From contig CAXXKS010000001.1 in the NCBI GenBank assembly GCA_963663355.2, positions 2,232,545 through 2,296,544 of the forward strand: 64,000 nucleotides of DNA, given 5' to 3'. Below the pieces are notes generated by a model. The model searched no databases and had not been told where the DNA came from. It saw only the letters and a list, made by a program, of their open reading frames with translations. Shown piece after piece: positions 26,782 through 36,196 of the stretch. The stretch's first letter is position 1. Every line of letters begins with the position of its first letter. Source of the stretch: Alphaproteobacteria bacterium (GTDB lineage Bacteria > Pseudomonadota > Alphaproteobacteria > UBA2966). The translations under genes were made by a program, and so were the position numbers.

Positions 26782-28194
26782 CTACAGCTCCGGCATCCGC
26801 TCGTGCCAGCCGGTTTCGCGCTGGTACAGGTGCGCCGCATTCAGCAGCCGGGCCTCCGCGAACGGCCGTCCGACCAACTGGAACGCGACGGGAAGCCCGT
26901 TGTCCGCGAACCCGCAGGGGACGGAGACGGCGGGCAGGCCGAGGTAGCTGATGGTCCGGGTGAACTTGGGGAAAAGGCCCATGGTCCGCACCGCGCGCTC
27001 CGGGGACGCCGGATCGCTGTCCGCCAGGGTCGGCGCCGGCGCCGGACCGGTCGGGACATGCAGGACGTCGACGCGCCCCAGCACCTCCTCGAGAAACTCG
27101 TCGAGCAGCGGACCGCGCAGGCGCAGGGCCTCGATGTACCGGGTCGCGGGAACGAACAGGCCCGGCTCCATCGGCGCGCGAATGGCGATCTGGTAGTCGC
27201 CGGGCCGCTCCGCCAGCCACTTTCCGTGAAGCGCGGCGGCCTCCGCCGCCAGGATGAGCTGTCCCAGGCGCATGGCGAGCCCCGGATCCGGCACGGAGAC
27301 TTCGACCGGCTCGGCGCCCAGCGTCCGGAATACCTCGCGGGACTCCGCCATGCCCCGGGCGACGTTCTCGTCGATGTCCTCGTTGTAGTAGTTGACGGGG
27401 AGGCCGACGCGGAGGCCCTTCAGCGTCTTCTCCAGCTCCGCCTCGTAGTCGGGGACGGGTTCGGCGCTCGATTGGGGGTCGCGGGGGTCGAAGCCGGCGA
27501 CGGCGGACATCATCCTGGCGACGTCCCGCGCCGTTCTCGCCATGGGACCCAGGGTATCCGTCGCCCAGGACCGGGGCATGACGCCGTATCGCGACACCCG
27601 GCCGTCGGTGGGCTTGAGCCCGACGACACCGCAGAGACCGGCCGGAATGCGCACGGACCCGCCGGTGTCCGAACCCAGGGACCCGGTCACCATGCGCGCC
27701 GCGACGGCGGCACCGGACCCGCTGGACGATCCCCCCGGTATGTGATCCGTGTTCCACGGGTTCCGGCAATCGCCGAAGTGCTCGTTGTGTCCGGTTCCGC
27801 CGGCGGCGAATTCCGCCATGTTCAGGGCGCCGATCTCGATCGCGCCCGCCGCGTCCAGCCGCTCCAGGGCGGTCGCGGTGACGTCCGCCGCCGCGTCACG
27901 CCGAATTTTCGAACCGCATGCCGAAACGCGGCCCTTGCGATAGAGCAGGTCCTTGTGCGCCAGGGGCACGCCGAAAAGGGGCGGCACCTCGCTTCCGCTG
28001 GACAGCTTCGCGTCCGCGCGCCGGGCGGCATCGAGCGCCCCGTCTCCATCGACACGGACGAAGGCATTGACGAGGGGCTGCAGCCGGCCGATTCGGGCCA
28101 GCGTGGCCTCCATCGCCTCGACGGCGGAGACGCGGCGCGCCCGAATGGCCTCGGCGAGGCCGCACAGCGTGTAGCCGGCGATGTCCACGCTCAC
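26782..28194 (-). CDS. amidase-signature enzyme (AtzE/GatA-like)
   Basis: Motifs GVPLAHKDL, GGSSSGSGAAVA and GSDTGGSVRIPA. The GTG start overlaps the stop of the upstream small ORF (GTGA). Confidence 0.85.
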   Translation of the reverse strand: MSVDIAGYTLCGLAEAIRARRVSAVEAMEATLARIGRLQPLVNAFVRVDGDGALDAARRADAKLSSGSEVPPLFGVPLAHKDLLYRKGRVSACGSKIRRDAAADVTATALERLDAAGAIEIGALNMAEFAAGGTGHNEHFGDCRNPWNTDHIPGGSSSGSGAAVAARMVTGSLGSDTGGSVRIPAGLCGVVGLKPTDGRVSRYGVMPRSWATDTLGPMARTARDVARMMSAVAGFDPRDPQSSAEPVPDYEAELEKTLKGLRVGLPVNYYNEDIDENVARGMAESREVFRTLGAEPVEVSVPDPGLAMRLGQLILAAEAAALHGKWLAERPGDYQIAIRAPMEPGLFVPATRYIEALRLRGPLLDEFLEEVLGRVDVLHVPTGPAPAPTLADSDPASPERAVRTMGLFPKFTRTISYLGLPAVSVPCGFADNGLPVAFQLVGRPFAEARLLNAAHLYQRETGWHERMPEL

Positions 28195-28400
28195 GATCCC
28201 CCCCGTTCCCGCGTGGCGCGGGTCAGAGCCTGGCGGGCGCTCAGCAGCTCGTCGTTGAAGTCCGGCTCGCGCCCCGCGCGGCCGGCCGCCCCGGCGATCT
28301 GTGTGACCTGGCCCGCGATCTCGGCGGCCCGGTCCTCCGTCAGCTCGATGCCGTAGAGTTCCCGGGCCATCGCCCGGACGGTTTCCCCGCTGTGGTCCAT
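28191..28400 (-). CDS. small AtzG-like / DUF4089 (GatC-like) amidase partner protein
   Basis: 69 aa from ATG (complement of 28398-28400), with a GGGGAGG Shine-Dalgarno. Translationally coupled to the amidase. The size and position mirror the AtzG-AtzE arrangement. Confidence 0.55.
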   Translation of the reverse strand: MDHSGETVRAMARELYGIELTEDRAAEIAGQVTQIAGAAGRAGREPDFNDELLSARQALTRATRERGGS

Positions 28401-28534
28401 GTCAGCCTCCCCGCGAGAGATCGCTCCCCGCATTCTTACATCAACGGCCGTCCCGGCGCACACGGCTTCGACCGCGCCGTCGCGCGATGTATGCTTGCGG
28501 CCGTTCCAGGCACCGCGGAACGGGAAAGGATCGC

Positions 28535-29299
28535 ATGCCCCGCATACTCGTCATCGTGCCGGCGCCGGTCTCCGGAGAACAGCTCGGCCTGCGCGCGGCG
28601 CAGGCCGCGGCCGCCGGGCTGCCCGGCGACGTGGAGGTGGACTACCGCGCGGTCCGCGCGTCGGCGGACAACCAGGTCAGCCACCACGACTATGCCCTCA
28701 GCGAGATCTGCATCCTGGAAGCGGGACTGACGGCGGAGGAGGACGGCTACGACGCGGTGTGCGTCGACACGGTCAGCGACAGCGGCGTGAACACCCTGCG
28801 CTCGATGCTCGACATCCCGGTCGTCGGTCCCGGACGGACGGGCTTCCTGGTCGCGCTCATGCTCGGCAACCGGTTCTCCGTCGTGACGATGTGGGACAGG
28901 TGGAAGCCGCTCGTCAGGAAGACCCTGACCGACCTCGGGATGCTGGACCGCTGCGCCTCGATCCGGGCCATCGGCATGGAGCCCGACACGCGCGGCCTGC
29001 TCGGCGGCAAGGAAGAGGAGACCTTCTCGGAGATGCTCGAGGCCGCGCGGCTGTGCGTCGACGAAGACGGCGCGGAGGTGATCTGCCTGGGCTCCACGAC
29101 CATGCACGACGCCGCCGAATTCCTGAAAGCCCGGCTCGAGGTTCCGGTCGTCAACCCCGGGCCCCTGTCCTATCAGGTCGCCGCCGCGCTCGTCCGCCTG
29201 CGGCTTGCCCAGAGCCGCGCCGCCTGGCCGTCTCCGGTCAAGCCCAAGGAAGACATGATCCATGCCATGATCGAGGCGGCGACGGCCTTCACCAGGTAG
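28535..29299 (+). CDS. Asp/Glu/hydantoin racemase-family protein
   Basis: ORF 28487..29299 from MPRILVIVP, with a GGAAAGGA Shine-Dalgarno. Two Cys-containing active-site segments (AVCVDTVSD, VICLGSTTM). Confidence 0.75.
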   Translation: MPRILVIVPAPVSGEQLGLRAAQAAAAGLPGDVEVDYRAVRASADNQVSHHDYALSEICILEAGLTAEEDGYDAVCVDTVSDSGVNTLRSMLDIPVVGPGRTGFLVALMLGNRFSVVTMWDRWKPLVRKTLTDLGMLDRCASIRAIGMEPDTRGLLGGKEEETFSEMLEAARLCVDEDGAEVICLGSTTMHDAAEFLKARLEVPVVNPGPLSYQVAAALVRLRLAQSRAAWPSPVKPKEDMIHAMIEAATAFTR

Positions 29300-29348
29300 T
29301 CCACGACCGCCTCCGATCGCCAACGCCGCGCCGGCTGGAGGAAGCACC

Positions 29349-30854
29349 ATGCCCAAGGACGGAGCCCGGCACCTCGAGTCGCTCCGCGACGGTCGGGAGG
29401 TCTTCATCAACGGCGAACCCGTCGCCGACGTGACCGCCCATCCGGCATTCCGCAACGCGACGCGGTCGGTGGCGTCTCTCTACGACTTCCAGGCGGCGGG
29501 CGACAATGTCGAGCGCATGACGTTCGCCTCCCCCGCGACGGGCGAGCGCGTCAACCTGCAATGGCAACTCCCCACGTGCCGCGAGGAACTGGCGGCGCGC
29601 CGCCGGGCTATCGAAGCCTGGAACGAAGTGCACTACGGATTCATGGGCCGGGCGCCGGACCACGTCGCGTCCACCCTCGCCGGCTTCATGATGGGGATCG
29701 ATCTCCTGAAGGCGCACGAACCCGGCCGCGCCGCCGCCCTTCGCGACTACTTCGCCTTCGTCCGGGACAACGACCACTACGTCACCTACGTCATCGTCAA
29801 TCCCCAGGGCGACCGCTCGAGGGCGACATCCGATCAGGGCGACGAGTTCCACACCGTCGCCGTCGTCGACGAGGACGGCGAGGGCATCACCGTCAAGGGC
29901 GCCAAGATGCTCGGGACCGGAACCGTCATGTGCAACGAGGTGCTGGTGGCCAGCCTGCTGCCCCTAAAGAAGGGGGAGGAGCGCTACGCCGTCACGTTCG
30001 CCCTGCCGATGAACGCGAAGGGCCTGAAGCAGATGTGCCGCCGGTCCTACGAGGAGCATGCGGCGTCCGTCTTCGACAATCCCCTCTCCTCGCGCTTCGA
30101 CGAGAACGACGCGATTCTTTATTTCGACGAGGTCAAGGTGCCGTGGGAACGGGTCTTCGCGCTACGCGATCCGGAGATCTGCCGCGGCCTGTTCCACACG
30201 GCTCCCGGGCACGCGATGCAGAACTACCAGTCCATGATCCGCCTGACGGTGAAGATGCGGTTCCTGGTGGGCATCGCCCGCATGGTCGCCGAGACGACGG
30301 GTGTCGTGAACTTTCCACAGGTTCGCGAGAAGCTCGGCCAGCTCACGTCGGAAGCCCATATGATCGAGGCGCTGGTCCACGGCATGGAGGCCGGCGCGCG
30401 CCGGGTCGGACCCTACCTCGCGCCGACGCGCAACGCGGTGATTTCCGGCCTCGTCCTGGCTCAGCAGCTCTACCCGAAGGTGATCACCGCCATACGGGAG
30501 CTGGCGGGAGGCGGTTTGATCATGCTGCCCTCGGACGTGCGCGACTTCGCCAACCCCGAGCTCGCCGATCTCATCCACAAGACTCAGAAATCCTCCCGCT
30601 ACGCGCCGGCGGACCGGGTGAAGGCGCTCAAGCTGGCGTGGGACGCCACAGGGTCCGAGTTCGGATCGCGCCACACCACTTACGAGATGTTCTACGCCGC
30701 GCCGAACTTCATGAACCAGGCCATGGCCTTCGATTCCTACGACTGGGACCGGGCCACGGACATGGTGGAGCGCATGCTTGCCAGCTACGATCTCCGGGAC
30801 TCCCTGAAGGACGCAGCCTCGGCCCGCCGGGCGCCGGCGGCGTCGCGCCCATGA
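29349..30854 (+). CDS. 4-hydroxyphenylacetate 3-hydroxylase (HpaB)-family flavoprotein
   Basis: 501-aa ORF with a GGAGGAAG Shine-Dalgarno. Family-typical N-terminus (HLESLRDGREVFINGE.V.DVT.HPAF) and C-terminal domain. Confidence 0.75.
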   Translation: MPKDGARHLESLRDGREVFINGEPVADVTAHPAFRNATRSVASLYDFQAAGDNVERMTFASPATGERVNLQWQLPTCREELAARRRAIEAWNEVHYGFMGRAPDHVASTLAGFMMGIDLLKAHEPGRAAALRDYFAFVRDNDHYVTYVIVNPQGDRSRATSDQGDEFHTVAVVDEDGEGITVKGAKMLGTGTVMCNEVLVASLLPLKKGEERYAVTFALPMNAKGLKQMCRRSYEEHAASVFDNPLSSRFDENDAILYFDEVKVPWERVFALRDPEICRGLFHTAPGHAMQNYQSMIRLTVKMRFLVGIARMVAETTGVVNFPQVREKLGQLTSEAHMIEALVHGMEAGARRVGPYLAPTRNAVISGLVLAQQLYPKVITAIRELAGGGLIMLPSDVRDFANPELADLIHKTQKSSRYAPADRVKALKLAWDATGSEFGSRHTTYEMFYAAPNFMNQAMAFDSYDWDRATDMVERMLASYDLRDSLKDAASARRAPAASRP

Positions 30855-32947
30855 ACGCCACACGCGAGTCGGAATACCGGTTCGGCTTCGATATCGGGGG
30901 AACGTTCACCGATGTCGTCGTGTCCGACGCCGGCGGCGGCCTCCACGTCGGCAAATGCCTGTCGCGGCCCGACGCGATCACGCGGGCCGTGGTCGAGGGC
31001 CTCATCGACCTCGTCGAACGCGAGTCGATCCCCCGCGACAGAATCCGGGAGACGATCTCGGGCGCCACGACCGTCGTGACCAACCTCATCATCGAGGGCC
31101 GGGGCGCGCCCACGGGCCTGCTGACGACCGAAGGCTTCCCCGACCTCATCGAGATCGCCCGCGAAGTGCGCTACGACATCTACGACATCACGGCGAGGCT
31201 GCCCGCGCCCGTGGTTCCCCGGCGATGGCGCAAGGAAGTCCCGGAGCGGATAGACAAAGACGGCAGCGTCGTCGTCCCCCTCGACGAGGATGCCGCGCGG
31301 CGCGCCGTCGAGGACCTCGCCGCCGGGGGCGTGACGTCGATCGCCGTCTGCTTCCTGCACGCCTACCGCTACCCGGCCCACGAGCGGCGCGTTCGCGAGA
31401 TCGCCGCGGAGACCGCGCCGGACCTGTTCGTCTCGCTGTCGTCGGACGTGCTGCCGGAAATCCGGGAGTACGAACGCACCGTCGCCACCGCGCTCAACGC
31501 CTACGTCCGTCCCCACATCGGTCGATACCTCCGGGACCTGGAGCGCGACCTCGGGGCGGTCGGCGTGAACGCGAAGCTGAACATCATGCAGTCGAACGGC
31601 GGGGTGATCTCGCGCGACTTCGCCGAAACGATGCCCTTGCGGATGCTGGAGTCGGGCCCCGCCGCGGGTGCCCTCGCGGCCTCGCACGCCGCAAGGTTCG
31701 CGGGCCTGGAGAACGTGCTGTCCTTCGACATGGGAGGGACGACGGCCAAGTCCTGCCTCGTCACCGGCGGGCGCCCGGAGATAACCCTCGACTTCGAGAC
31801 GGCGCGGGTCCAACGCTTCAAAAAGGGCAGCGGCCTGCCGGTCAGACTGCCGGTCGTCGACATGATGGAGATCGGCGCGGGAGGCGGCTCGATCGCCCGC
31901 GTCGACGAGACGGGCCTCCTGAAGGTGGGACCGGACAGCGCCGGAGCCATGCCCGGCCCCGCATGCTACGGTCTCGGAGGCGAGGAGCCGACGGTAACGG
32001 ACGCCGCCCTGGTGCTGGGATACCTGGACCCGGCGGCGAAGCTCGGCGGCGCCGTAACGCTCCATCCGGCACGCGCGGAAACGGCCATCGCGAAGTTCGT
32101 CGCCGAACCCCTCGGCATGACGCCGATCGAGGCGGCCAGCGGCATCCACCGGATCGTGTGCGAGAACATGGCGTCGTCGGCCAAGGTCCATTCGGTCGAG
32201 AAAGGGAAGGACATCCGGCGCTACACACTCGTGGCGTTCGGCGGCGCCGGCCCCATGCACGCGCGGGAAGTCGCCAACCGCCTGGGGTGCGGCCGGATCC
32301 TGGTGCCGCCCGACGCCGGCGTGTTCTCCGCCGTCGGCCTCCTCGTGGCGCCCGTCATGACCGACGCCGTGCGGACCCACTACACCCCGGTCGCCGGGGC
32401 CGACTGGGCGGCCATCGACCGCATCTACGCGGAGCTCGCCGAGGCCGCGTCGCAGGCCCTGATCCAAACCGGAATCCCGGCCGGCTCGATCGCGTTGGAG
32501 CGCAGCGCGGACCTGCGCTACGTGGGCCAGGGGTTCGAGGTGACCACGCCCCTCCCCGACTGCTTCGGTCCGAACGCCTCCGACGAGACGCTGGCCTCCT
32601 TCCATCGGACGTACGACGGGCTGTTCGGCCACCATCTGACGAACGTCGGCGTCGAGGCGCTGACCTGGCGCCTGCGCGCCACGGCGCCGCCGCCCGCGCC
32701 GCCCGCCGTTCGCCGAGAGAACGGTTCGGACCTGACCCGGACGACGGGGAGTACGCGCCGGGTGTACTACCCCGACATCGGGGAGTTCCACGACACGCCG
32801 GTGCTGGACCACTCCAGACTGCAGGTGGGCCGGGACCTCGAAGGCCCCGCGCTGATCGAGCAATCCGGGTGCACGGCCGTGGTCGGCCGGGGAGAGCGCT
32901 TCTCCGCGGACGACGGCGGCAATCTTCTGATCTCGCTGCCGGGATGA
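30851..32947 (+). CDS. hydantoinase/oxoprolinase family, A (HyuA-type) subunit
   Basis: Within ORF 29561..32947. The ATG 30851 overlaps the HpaB stop (ATGA). Motifs FGFDIGGTFTDVV and SFDMGGTTAK. Confidence 0.85.
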   Translation: MNATRESEYRFGFDIGGTFTDVVVSDAGGGLHVGKCLSRPDAITRAVVEGLIDLVERESIPRDRIRETISGATTVVTNLIIEGRGAPTGLLTTEGFPDLIEIAREVRYDIYDITARLPAPVVPRRWRKEVPERIDKDGSVVVPLDEDAARRAVEDLAAGGVTSIAVCFLHAYRYPAHERRVREIAAETAPDLFVSLSSDVLPEIREYERTVATALNAYVRPHIGRYLRDLERDLGAVGVNAKLNIMQSNGGVISRDFAETMPLRMLESGPAAGALAASHAARFAGLENVLSFDMGGTTAKSCLVTGGRPEITLDFETARVQRFKKGSGLPVRLPVVDMMEIGAGGGSIARVDETGLLKVGPDSAGAMPGPACYGLGGEEPTVTDAALVLGYLDPAAKLGGAVTLHPARAETAIAKFVAEPLGMTPIEAASGIHRIVCENMASSAKVHSVEKGKDIRRYTLVAFGGAGPMHAREVANRLGCGRILVPPDAGVFSAVGLLVAPVMTDAVRTHYTPVAGADWAAIDRIYAELAEAASQALIQTGIPAGSIALERSADLRYVGQGFEVTTPLPDCFGPNASDETLASFHRTYDGLFGHHLTNVGVEALTWRLRATAPPPAPPAVRRENGSDLTRTTGSTRRVYYPDIGEFHDTPVLDHSRLQVGRDLEGPALIEQSGCTAVVGRGERFSADDGGNLLISLPG

Positions 32948-32959
32948 GAGACTCCGGCG

Positions 32960-34582
32960 ATGGATAGCGCGGCCCCGCGAATCGACCCGGTCGATCTGGA
33001 GATCTACTGGAACCGCCTGATCGCCATCGTCGACGAGGCGGGCGCGGCCATGAAGCGGACGTCGTTCTCCACGGTGGTCCGGGAGTCCAACGACTACACC
33101 TGCGTCATGCTCGACGCCGACGGCGCCCTGCTGGCCCAGTCTTCGCGGAGCGTTCCCGGGTTCATCGGAACGACTCCCCATTCCCTGCGGCGCTTCCTCG
33201 CCGTCTATCCCAGGGAGACGCTCTCGGACGGCGACGTCATCCTCTCCAACAATCCCTGGATCGGCTCGGGCCATCTCAACGACCTCACGATGGCGGCGCC
33301 CATCTTCCACGAAGACCGCCTCGCCGCCTTCGTCGTGACGGTGGCGCACCTTTCGGACATCGGCGGGCGGCAGTGGTCCGCGAGCGCGACAGAACTGTTC
33401 GAGGAAGGGCTGCACATGCCCGTCCTCAAGCTCTACGAGGCGGGGGCCAGGAACGAGGCACTCATCAGGATTTTCGAGGCCAACGTCCGCCTGCCCGGCC
33501 AGGTGGTGGGCGACATCGAAGCCCAGGTGGTGGCGATCGACGTGGTGAAACGGCGCCTGCTCGAATTCATGGCGGAGTACGGCCTGGAGGACATCGGCGC
33601 TATCGCCCGGGCCATCTACGGCGTGACGGAAGCCGCGGTCCGCAAGCAGCTCCGCGGCATCCCCGAAGGCACCTATTCCGCCGAGGTGGAGGGTGACGGC
33701 TGGAACGAGAGCATCCGCATCAGGGCCACGGTCACGGTCGGGGACGGCCGGATCCGCGTCGACTACACGGGAAGCTCGCCGCAGGTCCGCTACGGCGTCA
33801 ACGAGTCGTACAACCACACCCACGCGTACACGGTGTATCCCTTCAAGTGCATGCTGGCGCCGGGGCTGCCCAACAACGACGGATTCATCCGCCTGTTCGA
33901 CGTGATCGCCCCCGAGGGCCTGATCGTGAACGCCAGGTTCCCCGCCGCCGTCGGCGCCCGCCAGCTCGTCGGGCACATGCTCCAGGGCGCCGTCTTCGAG
34001 GCCATGTCCGGCGTCATGCCCGACAAGGTCCAGGCGGACAGCGGAACACCCCTGACCGTGCTGGTCTTCAAGGGCCTCGACATCGAATCGGGGGAGTCGT
34101 TCCAGCAGATCACGTTCTTGAACGGCGGCATCGGCGCCACCAGGGGCCGGCATGGGGAGCCCTGCTCCAGCTTCCCGGCGAACATCTCGAACACGCCGGT
34201 CGAAATCCTCGAGAACCTGGCCCCCGTGCGCTATCGCCAGAAGCGCATCCACGAAGGGTCCGGGGGCGCCGGCACGTTTCGCGGCGGCGACGGCCAGATC
34301 GTGCAGATCGAATCCTGCTGGCACAAGCCGATGACCGTCGCCCTGCTGACGGAGAGAACGCGGAAGGCGCCGCGCGGCGTGCTCGGCGGGGAGCCCGGAG
34401 CGTGCGGATTCGTCCGAAAGAACGGAGAACCCGTCGCCGAGACCAAGGGTGTCGTGGAGCTGGCGCCCGGCGACGTGCTGGAAGTCGCGCTGCCCGGCGG
34501 CGGCGGCCTCGGCGCGGTGACGGAGGCCGCCGCGCGGCCCTCTACATGCCCCCCGTCAGGAAATCCCCCACCACCTGGTTGA
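32960..34582 (+). CDS. hydantoinase/oxoprolinase family, B (HyuB-type) subunit
   Basis: 540-aa ORF. DPVDLEIYWNRL..., SFSTVVRESNDY and NNPWIGSGHLND are typical of HyuB. Confidence 0.85.
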   Translation: MDSAAPRIDPVDLEIYWNRLIAIVDEAGAAMKRTSFSTVVRESNDYTCVMLDADGALLAQSSRSVPGFIGTTPHSLRRFLAVYPRETLSDGDVILSNNPWIGSGHLNDLTMAAPIFHEDRLAAFVVTVAHLSDIGGRQWSASATELFEEGLHMPVLKLYEAGARNEALIRIFEANVRLPGQVVGDIEAQVVAIDVVKRRLLEFMAEYGLEDIGAIARAIYGVTEAAVRKQLRGIPEGTYSAEVEGDGWNESIRIRATVTVGDGRIRVDYTGSSPQVRYGVNESYNHTHAYTVYPFKCMLAPGLPNNDGFIRLFDVIAPEGLIVNARFPAAVGARQLVGHMLQGAVFEAMSGVMPDKVQADSGTPLTVLVFKGLDIESGESFQQITFLNGGIGATRGRHGEPCSSFPANISNTPVEILENLAPVRYRQKRIHEGSGGAGTFRGGDGQIVQIESCWHKPMTVALLTERTRKAPRGVLGGEPGACGFVRKNGEPVAETKGVVELAPGDVLEVALPGGGGLGAVTEAAARPSTCPPSGNPPPPG

Positions 34583-35297
34583 AGAGGTCCGGCCTTTCCA
34601 GGTGCAGGTTGTGAGCGGCGCCCGGCAGGATGGCGAGGCGCGCGTCGGGCAGGCCCTCGAACAGGCGCATGGACCGCCCCGGCGGCGTCCCCCGGTCTCC
34701 GTCGCCGCAGATCGCCAGGGCCGGGGCCGCGATCTCGTGGAGCCGGCCATCCGCGCTCCAGGTCTTCATCGCGGTCAGCGCGTTGACCGCGGCCGCCGCG
34801 GTCGCGCCGCGGCCGGCCCGAAGACAGAAGTCGAAGGCCGGCGCGCGATCCCCGTGGAGAAACCACGATTCCGCGAAGCGGACCGCCGTCCGTTCGATAC
34901 CGTCCTCCTTCAGCTTTGCGATGCTGTCGGCGATGGTCTCGAACCGGCCCGGGATCTCGCCGACCGACGAGGCCCCGTAGAACACCACCCGCTCCAGGCG
35001 ATGCGGATGGTCGAGCGCCACCTGCTGGGCGATCGAGCCGCCCAGGGAATGCCCCACGAGGGAGAACGTCCCGACCCCCAGTTCGTCCAGCAATCCGATC
35101 AGGGCGCCGGCGAATCCCTCGATCGAATCGGGCGCCGCCATGTCCGCGCTGCCGGCGAAGCCGGGAAGATCCGGCGCGATCACGTCGAACCTCGGGCAGA
35201 GATACTGGAGCTGGGGAAGCCAGTAGCCCGATCCCCCCAGGAACCCGTGTTGCAGGACCACCGTGGACCCCGCTCCCGCGCGCAGGTACTTCTGCAT
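34542..35297 (-). CDS. alpha/beta-fold hydrolase
   Basis: 251 aa. HGFLGG, nucleophile elbow GHSLGG and C-terminal AAHNLHLE. Has a convergent 41-bp overlap with hyuB. Confidence 0.8.
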   Translation of the reverse strand: MQKYLRAGAGSTVVLQHGFLGGSGYWLPQLQYLCPRFDVIAPDLPGFAGSADMAAPDSIEGFAGALIGLLDELGVGTFSLVGHSLGGSIAQQVALDHPHRLERVVFYGASSVGEIPGRFETIADSIAKLKEDGIERTAVRFAESWFLHGDRAPAFDFCLRAGRGATAAAAVNALTAMKTWSADGRLHEIAAPALAICGDGDRGTPPGRSMRLFEGLPDARLAILPGAAHNLHLERPDLFNQVVGDFLTGGM

Positions 35298-35345
35298 CCG
35301 TTCTCCCCCTTCCCCGCCGCGCCGCTTCTCGGAGGTCCGCGGCGC

Positions 35346-35771
35346 TCACCCGAACGCTTCCCGTGGAATGTCGGCCGTTCCGTCCATCAGGCGCCGGCCG
35401 TCGGGCCCCTCGCACCAGACCTCGTAAGTCACGACGCCGGAACCGCTCTCCGGCGCGCGGTCCGCCCGCGCGGCCCGCATGGTCAACCGGTCGCCCGGGC
35501 GGGCGGGGGCGCGGAACCGGACGTCGAGAGCGCCCTCCGACAGCCATGACTCCGGACGGTCGAGGCCGCGGGAAATCTGCTCCGCCATCGCGGCGAACAG
35601 GAGGAACCCCTGGCCGATGGTCCCGCCGAGGGGCGTTCTTCGGGCGAATTCCGGATCCACGTGGATGGGATCGTTTGCCCCCGCCACCTCGGCGTAGGCG
35701 TCGATCCGCTCCTGGGTCAGCGTCCAGGAGCGCGGCGGCAGTTCTCCCGGAGCCGCGGCGCCGGCCGTCAT
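35346..35771 (-). CDS. MaoC-family (R)-hydratase hot-dog protein
   Basis: Tail of ORF 35346..36995. Hydratase-2 motif YAEVAGANDPIHVDPEFA. The ATG overlaps the upstream stop (ATGA). Confidence 0.8.
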   Translation of the reverse strand: MTAGAAAPGELPPRSWTLTQERIDAYAEVAGANDPIHVDPEFARRTPLGGTIGQGFLLFAAMAEQISRGLDRPESWLSEGALDVRFRAPARPGDRLTMRAARADRAPESGSGVVTYEVWCEGPDGRRLMDGTADIPREAFG

Positions 35772-36190
35772 ACCGGCCACACGACCGTCATTTCGCCCCT
35801 CGCCACCTCGGCACCGTCGAGGTCCGAGAGCGTCGACTCGAAGACGACCCAGGGCTTGTCCTTGCGGACGTATTTCTCTTTCAGGCCGATGCGGACCCGC
35901 AGGGTCGATCCGGCGGCGACGGGCCGGGCCCAGCGCCAGCTCTGGCGCGCGTGGATACCGCCGGCCGGGACGTTCCATTCGCGGAACATGACCCGCGGAA
36001 CCGTCCACATGGCCGCCATCGTCGGGGGCGCGGTGCCTTCGCCTGCCTCGCCGCCGCGTCCGGAGTCGACGGAGGTGGCGCGGCGGAACCCGGTGATCGA
36101 TTCGGCGGTGACGGTCACCGTCGAATCGACGAAAACGTCTCCGACGGACATGCCGTCGTAGGTCAGGTCGGGCGCGTCCGGGTTCGACAT
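35768..36190 (-). CDS. MaoC_dehydrat_N / FAS1-type hot-dog protein
   Basis: 140-aa ORF forming the usual partner half for the downstream MaoC protein. Confidence 0.65.
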   Translation of the reverse strand: MSNPDAPDLTYDGMSVGDVFVDSTVTVTAESITGFRRATSVDSGRGGEAGEGTAPPTMAAMWTVPRVMFREWNVPAGGIHARQSWRWARPVAAGSTLRVRIGLKEKYVRKDKPWVVFESTLSDLDGAEVARGEMTVVWPV

Positions 36191-36196
36191 CGCCGC

